Below, in pieces: positions 55,338 through 64,000 of a DNA stretch of 64,000 bases; within the stretch, counting starts at the first letter, position 1, and every line of letters begins with the position of its first letter. Source of the DNA: SAR86 cluster bacterium (lineage in GTDB: Bacteria; Pseudomonadota; Gammaproteobacteria; Pseudomonadales; Pseudohongiellaceae); contig NVWI01000004.1 of the NCBI GenBank assembly GCA_002746215.1, positions 158,405 to 222,404 of the forward strand. Direction: 5' to 3'. The position numbers were made by a program, and so were the translations under genes. Under the pieces are notes generated by a model. That model saw nothing but the letters and a program-made list of their open reading frames with translations, was not told the DNA's origin and ran no database searches.

Positions 55338-55806
55338 ATGAAACGTATCATTCTAATCGGCGTTGCTATATTCAGCACGCTAATTTCCTTTAACACTATG
55401 GCTCAGCGCAATATGACGCCAGAACAAATGGCTGGCATGTCTGTTGCAAACAGACAGGCAGTATTTAAATTACTTGGCTTCAGCATGGGTCCTTTACAGG
55501 GCATGGCGCGTGGCGGTGATTTTGATCAGGCTGTTGCTATTCGAGCTCTAGAACGTATTCAAACTTTAGCCCCAATGATTCCTGAATTATTTGCCAGTGA
55601 TACCACTGCCTATGATTTTGAAACTCGTGCCTTAAATGGTATCTGGAGTGATATGGATGGCTTTGCTAATGCCGCTAATGATCTGGTTATGGGTGCTTGC
55701 AGCTATAGACTTAATCAATTCTCAAGGCGCTGACGGCGTCCGTAGTGCTATACAGCAAGTTGGCCCAACTTGTGGTGCTTGCCACGATGCGTATCGTGCA
55801 GAATAG
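55338..55806 (+). pseudogene. Cytochrome c' (class II c-type cytochrome) gene interrupted by a frameshift near 55690-55700
   Basis: The ORF 55338-55733 encodes a signal peptide plus a four-helix-bundle-like sequence but ends without a heme site. The +1 frame continues as ..AAIDLINSQGADGVRSAIQQVGPTCGACHDAYRAE*, ending at 55806. That supplies the C-terminal CxxCH expected for this family. The total span of 469 nt is not a multiple of 3. Confidence 0.65.
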
Positions 55807-55827
55807 ATCTTCTGAAAAACTAAAAAA

Positions 55828-55849
55828 GGCAGCCTAGGCTGCCTTTTTT
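55828..55849. terminator. Bidirectional intrinsic terminator
   Basis: AAAAAA-GGCAGCC-TA-GGCTGCC-TTTTTT is a GC-rich palindrome flanked by A and T runs. It lies between the convergent cytochrome genes. Confidence 0.75.
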
Positions 55850-55926
55850 ATTGATCATTTTTTAAGCTCAAACTAACTCATTATTAACCAGAACTTCCGT
55901 AATTTATTTTTATGAACTCTTATAAG

Positions 55927-56787
55927 TTAGTCTTCACGAAAGAAGAAAGCAGCCAAGGCTTCTCTATCTTCTTGAGTTAATTTACTGGTATGGTCAATCA
56001 CATCCAGCATTTCCCCACCAACTTGCTCAAAGTTAGCGGTGAAACCATCTTCAAGAAAGTAGACAAAGTCTTCATAACTATAGGCACCTAAGCCATCTGC
56101 TGTTAGGGCCGCAGATGCGACACCTTCTTGCCCGGCGAATTCATTATTAAAATTTGAAATACCCAGAACATTTCTTGGTGTATGACATTCTCCACAATGA
56201 CTGAAACTTCTTGCTAGATAAGCACCACGTTGTACTTGCTCATCATTACCTACCGCCGAAAGTTCACCTTCCAGAAAGTCTGCCATGATGTTCCAACCAC
56301 TCATCATCCAACTGAACTGCCATGCCGGTAATTCATGCTCTGGGGCTTCACTATTAACAGGAGGCAAAGTCACCATATAAGCGGCAATATCAAGAACATC
56401 TTCGTCCGTCATGCCTTGATAAGAACGATATGGAAAAGCGGGCCAATAAAATCCACCAGTCGGACTACGACCATGTTTAATTGCCAAAAGAAAATCACGC
56501 CCACTCCAGCCACCAATACCCGTTTCTGTATCAGGCGTAATATTTGGCGTGGAAAAAGAGCCACCAAAGGGTGATTCAATTTCATATCCACCGACTGGAC
56601 CTTCTGCCCCATCTACTTGGTGGCAAGCTGCACAACCAGCAGCATTATAAAGGTATTCGCCATTCGCCATTGCCTGTGTAGAAGCTGGAATTTCTGGATC
56701 ACCCACTCTAGGGAGTCCAAAAGCCCAGTACAACCCAGCAACAACAACTATTAACACTACTAGCAATGAAATGAATTTCTTATTCAT
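55927..56787 (-). CDS. Membrane-anchored di-heme c-type cytochrome
   Basis: It has an N-terminal TM anchor and two CxxCH motifs (CAACH, CGECH). Confidence 0.8.
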   Translation of the reverse strand: MNKKFISLLVVLIVVVAGLYWAFGLPRVGDPEIPASTQAMANGEYLYNAAGCAACHQVDGAEGPVGGYEIESPFGGSFSTPNITPDTETGIGGWSGRDFLLAIKHGRSPTGGFYWPAFPYRSYQGMTDEDVLDIAAYMVTLPPVNSEAPEHELPAWQFSWMMSGWNIMADFLEGELSAVGNDEQVQRGAYLARSFSHCGECHTPRNVLGISNFNNEFAGQEGVASAALTADGLGAYSYEDFVYFLEDGFTANFEQVGGEMLDVIDHTSKLTQEDREALAAFFFRED

Positions 56788-56875
56788 GTATTTACCTATT
56801 TCTATCTATTGTTTTTATCAATACAGCTAAAAATTTGAGAATGATTCTACCATTAAAATTTGAATTAATTTTGAT

Positions 56876-57871
56876 CTAGGTTGCTTCATTAAGCGCTTTC
56901 TGTTTTTCTTTCAACGCCAGCTTTGAAGCCTTACGCTTTAAAATAGTTTGAGCCACTTCAGATCCAAGATGTTCTTCCCCTCTTGCCACTGCAAGTTCAA
57001 TCTGTTTTTGTCTTTCCTTAAATGCAGTTTTTTGTTCATCACTTAACTTATGGTAACAACGTGAGCAACTCACTCCTTTTTCATAGAGTTCACTTTGCTT
57101 ATCTGCCTCTGTAATTGGCAAGCGACAAGCATGACATTGGTCATAATCACCTTTTTCTAAAGAATGATTTACCGCGACTCGATTATCAAAAACGAAACAC
57201 TCGCCTTGCCACATGGAATCTTCTTCTGGAACCTCTTCAAGGTACTTAAGAATTCCACCTTGCAAATGATACACCTCATCAAAGCCTTTCTCTTTTAAGT
57301 AAGCAGTAGATTTCTCACAACGAATACCACCCGTACAATACATAGCAACTTTTTTATGCTTATTTGGATCAAGGTTCTTTTCAACATAGGTAGGAAATTC
57401 TCGAAAAGAAGTTGTATTGGGGTTTATTGCATTCTTGAAAGAACCTATTTCAACTTCATAATCATTACGTGTATCAATTAATAGCACATCCGGATCAGCA
57501 ATCAGAGCATTCCATTCTTGAGGTGGAATATGCGTTCCAACTTTTTGATTAGGATCGATGCCCTCCACGCCCATTGTGACAATTTCTTTTTTCAGTTTCA
57601 CCTTGCTGCGATAAAAAGGATAACTGTCATCATAGGATTCTTTATGATTCAGATCCTGCAATCGTGAATCTAACTTTAGCCAGTTAAGCACTGCATCAAC
57701 GCCCACTCGATCGCCAGCAATTGTGCCATTGATTCCTTCACTGGCAAGCAGCAAAGTACCTTTGACACGATTTTTTAGCATTATATCCAGCAGGGGTTGC
57801 TGTAGAGTTTGGTAATCATCTAGCCTGACAAAATGATACAGCGCACAGACGACAATTTTTGAGATAGTCAT
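56876..57871 (-). CDS. trhO: Rhodanese-domain protein YceA/TrhO (tRNA uridine(34) hydroxylase family, UPF0176)
   Basis: N-terminal ALYHF, EGINGT and the rhodanese active-site loop [10 protein letters not shown] are present, with a C-terminal Cys-rich tail. Confidence 0.8.
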   Translation of the reverse strand: MTISKIVVCALYHFVRLDDYQTLQQPLLDIMLKNRVKGTLLLASEGINGTIAGDRVGVDAVLNWLKLDSRLQDLNHKESYDDSYPFYRSKVKLKKEIVTMGVEGIDPNQKVGTHIPPQEWNALIADPDVLLIDTRNDYEVEIGSFKNAINPNTTSFREFPTYVEKNLDPNKHKKVAMYCTGGIRCEKSTAYLKEKGFDEVYHLQGGILKYLEEVPEEDSMWQGECFVFDNRVAVNHSLEKGDYDQCHACRLPITEADKQSELYEKGVSCSRCYHKLSDEQKTAFKERQKQIELAVARGEEHLGSEVAQTILKRKASKLALKEKQKALNEAT

Positions 57872-58379
57872 AATTGGTTTCCATTGCGAATCGGAACGTA
57901 AATCCGGAGCAAAAAATATCGAATGCGATTATAACAAAATAATTCCAGCTGAAAAGATTTTAAGTGAATTCAATGCCTATGAGACAAATCAAGCAGCCTG
58001 CATGAGTTGTTGATAATAGCTCATAGGCGCAGGCCGATAGTGATTGTAGTACTACTGGTAGCCTGCCAAAGCTTTATTCACCTCGTCAAGCGGCCTTCGT
58101 AAAATGGGTAAAACTGGGCCATTAACGCATTCAACACAAGCACTCCATCATGGTTTTCTAAGTGGCAGTACAAATAATGGAAAACCGTCTGTTTGGTTGT
58201 AACGACTACCAGCTTTTCTGCCCCCAGCATAAATTTTTTTCGCCCACTTAAGAACGGGGAAATATTAAAAATACTCACACTCCATAGGATTATCCAATAA
58301 GTAAATCATGCTCAATATCATTCAGTACAAAGCGTTCACACTTGTAGAAAAATCATTCTTTAGTATGTTTTTAACCCCA

Positions 58380-58405
58380 AATTTTCTTGCTAGAGTAAGA
58401 AAATT
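58380..58405 (+). promoter_or_regulatory. 9-bp inverted repeat (AATTTTCTT-n8-AAGAAAATT) upstream of a small ORF. It is a candidate operator.
   Basis: This is a perfect palindrome with arms at 58380-58388 and 58397-58405, about 45 nt upstream of the ATG at 58452. Confidence 0.2.
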
Positions 58406-58451
58406 AAATCTCCATCAGGAGTCAGCTTAATGCTTAAGAGGGGGAAAAATA

Positions 58452-58622
58452 ATGGCCACTAAAAAAAGAGTTCTACAGCCGCAAAATAGAGAGAATGTAA
58501 ACAAGGAAAGTGAGCATAAATCCGACACTCCCCGCAGAGCAGCAGAAACATCCCCACTCTCAAAATGGTTACGAACATGGGGAGTCCCGCAACAGCCAGA
58601 GAATACGAACCAGGAAATTTAG
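58452..58622 (+). CDS. Possible small basic protein (56 aa), below the ORF-track cutoff
   Basis: The ATG is preceded by a strong purine-rich RBS (TAAGAGGGGGAAAAATAATG). The product is hydrophilic (MATKKRVLQPQNRENVNKESEHKSDTPRRAAETSPLSKWLRTWGVPQQPENTNQEI) and matches no recognisable family. Its TAG stop overlaps the first unit of the tandem array by 2 nt. Confidence 0.3.
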   Translation: MATKKRVLQPQNRENVNKESEHKSDTPRRAAETSPLSKWLRTWGVPQQPENTNQEI

Positions 58623-58818
58623 TACAGCTTTTTAGTACAACTTTTTAGTACAACTTTTTAGTACAACTTTTTAGTACAACTTTTTAGTACAGTTTTTTAG
58701 TACAGTTTTTTAGTACAACTTTTTAGTACAAAAAACTTTCTAATACAAAAAACTTTTTAGTACAAATAGCTTTCTAGTACAAACAACTTTTTAATACAAA
58801 ACAACTTTCTAGTACAAC
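58621..58818. repeat. Compound AT-rich tandem array: eight 13-bp units followed by five 17-18-bp units
   Basis: AGTACA(A/G)(C/T)TTTTT occurs eight times (58621-58724). Then AGTACAAAAAACTTTCT-type units of 17-18 bp occur five times (58725-58810), followed by a partial unit. Confidence 0.9.
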
Positions 58819-58974
58819 AGGCTTAACAGCAGAACACAGGCGTATAACAGACGTAGGACGTAGAAAATCTCTAAGTTTTTTCTCAAAAGAGGTCAATTCC
58901 TTCTCTAAAAGTATTATCGGTAAAGCCACTCACATTCTTTACCCGCCCTCTACTAAATAGTTAATCTATAGAGC

Positions 58975-60162
58975 CTAGTGTACAGCCCCTGAGAAAGTCT
59001 TCGCAATAGGGCTATAAAGATAATTCAATACTGTTTTTGAGCCGGTTCTTATATCTATCGTCGCCTTCATTCCTGGCTTTAACACCACCGAAGACAGGTT
59101 TGATTCTCTCGCCATATGCTCTTCATCAATCCCTATCTGAGCCAAATAAAACTCTTCATCACGCCCACTGGCATCACGCTCGGTCAAGGTGCCTGAACTT
59201 ATATATTCAAGCGTTCCTTGCAGATTCCCATAAATACTGAAATCAAAAGCATCCAGCTTGATAAAAACCAGCATTCCCAACTCCAACTTCCCTATATCAG
59301 CAGGCATTATTTTTGCTTCAATCACCACGCCACCTTCTGATGGAGAAATTTGCATCAGCTCATCACCAGCCCGCAAAACCCCACCCAAAGTTGTAACTGT
59401 AAGATATTTAACTACTCCGGCTACAGGTGAAACAATTTCTGTATGATCTAAAATATTACTGGCCGAATTCAATTTATAGCGAAGGGATTCCAGCTCAGCC
59501 TCTGTCCTGGTAATTTCCTGATGCGCCTCTTCCAAGTAATCATTACGTATTTCTAGCATTTGTCCGCGAACATCATTCACTTGACGCTCAGCTCTCATTA
59601 CTTCAATAGCGCTAACATCACCCGTTTCCAAAAGACGCTCATTCATCTGCAGCTCTACAGATGCCATGTCCAAATTAGTCTGCAATGTCCCCAATTCTTC
59701 CTGCAAACCCCGCTTCCGCTGATCGTAGTATTCTCTCTGAGCTCTTACAACCCCTGGTATTTCTTCCTGATAGGCACCAAAATCCAGCGTTTCATCATCG
59801 TAGATTTCAGTGCGCGCTCTCAACAAAGCAACTTCTAAAGCCGTAACTCGCGCACGCTCTTCCTGATACCCTGCCGATGCTCGCTCTTTTTCCATCACGG
59901 ACAGCAATTCACCTTCTGCAACTACACTTCCCTCTCTGACTAACAGCTCTGATAACACGCCACCATCTGCCGCCTGAATCACTTGCGTGCGAGCACGAGG
60001 AATTACGTCCCCCATCGCTCTTATAGTAGTATCAAACTCAAAAAGTGCTGCCCAGATTAAAAAAACGCCAAGTAGCACCGCCAACACCAATATCATAGGA
60101 ACTCTACGCTCCTCTTGATATTCATTCTGTTTACTCCCTACCAATACTCCCTGGGTACTCAC
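58975..60162 (-). CDS. Type I secretion membrane fusion protein (HlyD family)
   Basis: It has an N-terminal TM helix, a long coiled coil, and barrel-sandwich and beta-barrel regions. Its GTG start overlaps the ABC gene stop (GTGA). Confidence 0.85.
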   Translation of the reverse strand: MSTQGVLVGSKQNEYQEERRVPMILVLAVLLGVFLIWAALFEFDTTIRAMGDVIPRARTQVIQAADGGVLSELLVREGSVVAEGELLSVMEKERASAGYQEERARVTALEVALLRARTEIYDDETLDFGAYQEEIPGVVRAQREYYDQRKRGLQEELGTLQTNLDMASVELQMNERLLETGDVSAIEVMRAERQVNDVRGQMLEIRNDYLEEAHQEITRTEAELESLRYKLNSASNILDHTEIVSPVAGVVKYLTVTTLGGVLRAGDELMQISPSEGGVVIEAKIMPADIGKLELGMLVFIKLDAFDFSIYGNLQGTLEYISSGTLTERDASGRDEEFYLAQIGIDEEHMARESNLSSVVLKPGMKATIDIRTGSKTVLNYLYSPIAKTFSGAVH

Positions 60163-62282
60163 GAGACAGCCACTCCACGATTATTACTTTCCACGGAGGA
60201 GTCTTTTACATTATTGAGCTGTTTCAGCACCTCATCCTTTGGGCCATCCAGCGCAATAGAGTGATTAACCACCACTAGAATACGATTAACCAAGGCCAGC
60301 ATTTCCGGTTTATGTGTCACAATCACTAAAGTATCCTCTGCCTTAATTGACGTCATTAAACTCTCTCTTACTTGTCTCTCGAGCTGTCTATCCATAGATG
60401 CTGTAGGCTCATCAAGCAGCCAGATACGCGGCTTAGCTAAATAAACCCGGGTCAAATTAACAAGCTGACGCTGCCCGCCTGATAAACCCGTACCACCCTC
60501 ATGTATTTGCTGATTCAAGCCTTCCGGATGAGGAAGTATCACTGCTTGCATTAAACCTGTAACCCGTGCGGCATCAAGAATCACATCATCACCTGGGTCA
60601 AGCAGACCTAATATCAGGTTTTCTCTTACTGTTCCCGCGAACAGCCGTCCTTCCTGCTGAAGAAAACCCATACTTTCTGCCAAAATGGGCTTCGAAATAT
60701 GGGACAAATCAATATCATCCAATAATATTCGCCCTTGTTGAGGCTTATACATTCCTGTCAAAAGCCTTAATAAAGTAGTTTTACCTGCACCAACCGGCCC
60801 TAACACACCAATTTTTTCCCCTGCCCGAATCCTTAACTTCGGTATTGAAAGAGCCTTGTTTTCACCATACTGTGAAACAACCTCTGAAAATGAGTAATCC
60901 CCCCTGACAGCCTCTAACGTAATTGGCTTCTCCTGCCCATGATGATCATCCTGCAAAGCCCATAATCTATCCAAGCCCTGAAGAGCCGCTTTTGTATGCG
61001 CCCACTGCACAAGCATTCTTGGAATACTCGCCACAGGTGCAAGAATTCTCCCAGACAGTATAGAGCAGGCAATCAGCCCCCCCATTGTCACCTCGCCAAT
61101 GGTGATAAGTAGCGCTCCTGATGCGACTAAAGTGATATACGAAACCTGCTGTAGAGAGGCTACAAGATGTTGAGAGTGCTCACTTACCCGCTGCATTTCC
61201 TGTTCATATTCACGCGCCTCATCCGTTACATTCATCCAGCGCGACAGCATACGCCAACCCGCCTGTCCGGACTTGATAGTTTCAGCCCCTTCGACAGTTT
61301 CAACCAACATACCCGTTTTAAAATTAGCAGCAGCAGTGGCCTTTTCAGCCAACACATCAACTGACTTCCTGAAGTGCAAACCGATAAAGACACACACCAC
61401 AAAAAAAGCTATTGGGATCATTGCCAGCCAGCCACCAATGGAAAAAATAACCACGCCATAAAGCAAAGAAAAAGGCGCATCAATCATTAGGTGCGTTGTC
61501 ACAGTGGTTAAAAAGCTCCGGACAGTTTCATAACCACGCATCTGTGTTGCCAAACTTCCTACACTTTGCGGCATCTGATCCAGGCGTATGGACAGAAATC
61601 GCATAAAAACAGTACGCGACAGACGCTGATCAACCAGCGCCACCAGCTTTTCATACAGCTTCATGCGTATTGTTTTTGTAGAAAGCTCAAAAAGAATTGC
61701 AACAAACACACCTAAACTAAGCACCAGAAGCGTTTGTTTTGCACCAGTAGGAACAACTCTGTTATACACTTGCATGGTGTACAGTGATGTTGCAAGTGCA
61801 ACCAAATTGATTATTATGCCGCCTAAAAGAGCCTCAAAGAGCAGACTCTTATTGGCAAATATTTCTCCACGTATCAGACTGTAAACAGGACTTTTACTGG
61901 CCTTAAAAGACTTAAAAAAATTAACCGTAAAAACAAAAAAACCAGCCAACGAACTATACTTTTTCTCCTGCCACTGATTCGACTCATCATCCCATACTTC
62001 AATTATCCATTCACCGAAAGCATCATGCCCACGTAATACTCCCCACTCGTTATTATCCAGAAAAACCAACGCAAGCATTGTCGACTTATCAGGGGACTTC
62101 AAATATTTAGCCACAGGCAATGCAAGATGACGCATCACAACTGCCAATTGATCTTTTGCTCTATCGCTACTGCTTACTGACTCTACAGCCTCTTGAAGCT
62201 CCAACCGATCAACAGTCACTTTTTGTAACTGGGCCACCTTAAATAAGGATAGTAATAATTTATTATTCATTTCAGGTAACAA
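60159..62282 (-). CDS. Type I secretion system ABC transporter permease/ATPase (HlyB/LapB-like) with a non-catalytic N-terminal C39-like domain
   Basis: The protein is 707 aa long. An N-terminal domain of about 130 aa has no Cys, so it is not an active C39 peptidase. Six TM helices follow, then Walker A GPVGAGKTT, signature LSGGQRQ and Walker B IWLLDEPT. Confidence 0.85.
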   Translation of the reverse strand: MLPEMNNKLLLSLFKVAQLQKVTVDRLELQEAVESVSSSDRAKDQLAVVMRHLALPVAKYLKSPDKSTMLALVFLDNNEWGVLRGHDAFGEWIIEVWDDESNQWQEKKYSSLAGFFVFTVNFFKSFKASKSPVYSLIRGEIFANKSLLFEALLGGIIINLVALATSLYTMQVYNRVVPTGAKQTLLVLSLGVFVAILFELSTKTIRMKLYEKLVALVDQRLSRTVFMRFLSIRLDQMPQSVGSLATQMRGYETVRSFLTTVTTHLMIDAPFSLLYGVVIFSIGGWLAMIPIAFFVVCVFIGLHFRKSVDVLAEKATAAANFKTGMLVETVEGAETIKSGQAGWRMLSRWMNVTDEAREYEQEMQRVSEHSQHLVASLQQVSYITLVASGALLITIGEVTMGGLIACSILSGRILAPVASIPRMLVQWAHTKAALQGLDRLWALQDDHHGQEKPITLEAVRGDYSFSEVVSQYGENKALSIPKLRIRAGEKIGVLGPVGAGKTTLLRLLTGMYKPQQGRILLDDIDLSHISKPILAESMGFLQQEGRLFAGTVRENLILGLLDPGDDVILDAARVTGLMQAVILPHPEGLNQQIHEGGTGLSGGQRQLVNLTRVYLAKPRIWLLDEPTASMDRQLERQVRESLMTSIKAEDTLVIVTHKPEMLALVNRILVVVNHSIALDGPKDEVLKQLNNVKDSSVESNNRGVAVS

Positions 62283-62590
62283 CGTCCAATAGGTTTTCTT
62301 AACTTTTTATATACAATCAACTGACCATAAACACTAAAATTTAACGGAAGGTAATGCCCCTTAGACGTCTTTCCGCATTAACTAAAAACTTCTCCATTCG
62401 CCAAAATTCAACACGAAATTTTCCTGACCTCATCGGAGTAAGCTACAGAGTTTTGGAATTACAGAGAAAATCTGATCATTACACTGACTTCATTCAGCCC
62501 TGTAAGCTCCAAAACCGAAAAAACAGTCACAGCCGCCTCTTCCCCTGAGGCTATACAGGCTCTTCCCTGCCTAGCTGTTCTTCTCCCACA

Positions 62591-63886
62591 TTAATGAACC
62601 AGCTCATTTAATGAGTTTGTTAATATAGCGAGTCTCCAGGTAGTGACCAGATACGCAGCCTCTGCATCAGCTAATAGATTACTGCTTTGCGCCAGATCAC
62701 GAGCAGAATTCAATAGGTCAAACCAAGTCTTTCTTCCTTCAAGAAATTGACGCCTATACGAAGCAAAGACCTCTTCACTTGAACTTAAAGAATCTCTCAA
62801 TGACTGTAATCGGCTTTCGAACGAACTCTTCAGAAAATACTCTCTTTGCACCTGCTCCCGCACTATCCGCCGACTAGCTTCCAGAGCAGAAAGGCTCGAC
62901 TGATAAGTCGCTCGAGAAGAGTCAGCAGCAGAAAAACTTGAAAGCCCCGCGCCAAATGCCGTTCTTACACCAAATAAAATACGGGAATCTTTAAAAGACT
63001 GTTGACTTACAGAGGTTCCAAATTCATGTTCAATTCTCACAAAAAAAGCAGGTTTCGTACTCGACCGTTGCACTAAAACATCAGCCTGAGCTACTTCAGT
63101 CTGCGCCTGAGCTTGAGTAACAGCAGGGCTCAAACTCAGTGCCGCCTCAATCAGCCCCTCAATATCTTCGGACGTTTCCGGCAATATATCCTCAATATCA
63201 ATCGAGCTACTAGCCATTTCCCTGCCAACTAACTGAGAAAGTGAAGACAATGCTACGCGCTCCCCTGCCTGAGCCTCAACCAAATCGGCAACAACCGAAT
63301 TCAGACGACTTTCAGCCAGCAGGCGATCACTATTTGACGCCAAACCCTCCTCAAATCGACGGGTCACTGTGGCTATCAGCTCTCGGTGTATTGCAAGACT
63401 TTCCTGCCAACCCTTTACGCGAAGAATAGCGGATAACCAATCCCCATAGGCCTGAACAATTTCTAGCGCCACATTTTGCCTGGACTGTTCCAACCCTCCA
63501 GACGCATCCCTAAAGGCAGCGTTGGCTCTGTCGAGCCCCCCCCTAAGTCTTCCTCCTGTCCATAAAGGCTGCTCCAAACTCACAGTAGTCGTATTATTAT
63601 CATCAAGATCTTCAAAAGAATCAGAAAACGAACGCTCTGAGAACGCACTTGACCGATCTCCTGTGTTGAATTGCAAAGCCAATGTCGGATAATACTGCCA
63701 CCGTGCAGTTTTCATATCCGCCTCTCCACTTGCAACGCGATACTCTTCAGCACTAACCGATGGGTGAGATTGCAGACCGACCTCAATCAACTCCCTTAGC
63801 GATTCAGCAGAAGCCGAAAAAGACAAAAGAAACACAATCAAAAAGGTTGATATTTTTTCAAGCACAGTGAAAGGCGTAACATCCAA
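62591..63886 (-). CDS. TolC-family outer membrane channel of the type I secretion system
   Basis: It has a signal peptide and a duplicated helix-rich OEP repeat architecture. It lies upstream of the ABC and HlyD genes on the same strand. Confidence 0.8.
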   Translation of the reverse strand: MDVTPFTVLEKISTFLIVFLLSFSASAESLRELIEVGLQSHPSVSAEEYRVASGEADMKTARWQYYPTLALQFNTGDRSSAFSERSFSDSFEDLDDNNTTTVSLEQPLWTGGRLRGGLDRANAAFRDASGGLEQSRQNVALEIVQAYGDWLSAILRVKGWQESLAIHRELIATVTRRFEEGLASNSDRLLAESRLNSVVADLVEAQAGERVALSSLSQLVGREMASSSIDIEDILPETSEDIEGLIEAALSLSPAVTQAQAQTEVAQADVLVQRSSTKPAFFVRIEHEFGTSVSQQSFKDSRILFGVRTAFGAGLSSFSAADSSRATYQSSLSALEASRRIVREQVQREYFLKSSFESRLQSLRDSLSSSEEVFASYRRQFLEGRKTWFDLLNSARDLAQSSNLLADAEAAYLVTTWRLAILTNSLNELVH

Positions 63887-64000
63887 GAAATAGTAAAATA
63901 TTGCAGCATTCTCTCTGGAAACTCAGACCAAAACATCATCCTTTAGAATGAATTTATGTGCCACTAACACAAAAGCAGCCAAGGCCATTAGCAAACATAT

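Noticed and set aside
58078-58278. 66-aa minus-strand ORF in the 580-bp gap after trhO
   Set aside because: It has no recognisable family, no convincing RBS and an odd composition. It could be a gene remnant, but I cannot support a call.
58621-58818. Possible CRISPR array (also considered for the repeats at 37302-37377)
   Set aside because: The units are only 13-19 bp and directly abut each other with no unique spacers. No cas genes are present in the window.
62354-62548. 64-aa plus-strand ORF in the tolC-ABC spacer
   Set aside because: It runs opposite to the surrounding operon, has no RBS and has no recognisable family. It is most likely a chance ORF in a regulatory spacer.

Overview
This 64-kb window looks like a gammaproteobacterial chromosome, judged by eye as moderately AT-rich. 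All calls come from reading the ORF translations and the DNA; no searches were run.

Most of the window is conserved housekeeping synteny:
- glyA, nrdR, ribD, ribE, ribBA, ribH, nusB, thiL, a YbhG/F/S-like ABC-2 exporter, a desaturase, pgpA and yaiI on the minus strand
- xseB-ispA-dxs
- uup, deaD, ettA and korAB
- an aldehyde dehydrogenase
- a BaeSR-like two-component pair followed by a lytic transglycosylase
- two GGDEF proteins
- a type I secretion operon (TolC, HlyB-like ABC, HlyD)

The stand-out region is an 11-gene block of about 14.4 kb (37419-51803) lying between korAB and dxs. It is organised as two divergent operons and encodes:
- four FHA-domain proteins
- two PP2C phosphatases
- one Hanks-type Ser/Thr kinase fused to an FGE-sulfatase-like ectodomain
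- a membrane-anchored vWA protein
- an orphan MotA/ExbB/TolQ-like channel protein
- several extracytoplasmic protease-derived modules

The protease-derived modules include an apparently active M4 thermolysin-like protease joined through one TM helix to a cytoplasmic FHA domain. Next to it is a PP2C phosphatase joined through one TM helix to a thermolysin-propeptide-like FTP/PepSY module. There is also a catalytically dead trypsin-like domain joined to an FHA domain, plus two families of Cys-containing repeat domains that I do not recognise. No T6SS, Zorya or other known partner machinery is present. I regard this block as the best candidate for an undescribed system.

Other observations:
- a class III cyclase-FHA fusion
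- a roughly 120-bp intergenic hairpin repeat family (three copies) with compensatory arm changes
- three distinct tandem-repeat arrays, one of them in-frame in the M4 protease gene
- a frameshifted cytochrome c' gene
- an orphan lambda-P-like gene
- an extra short YidC/Oxa1-like insertase in an AT-rich islet
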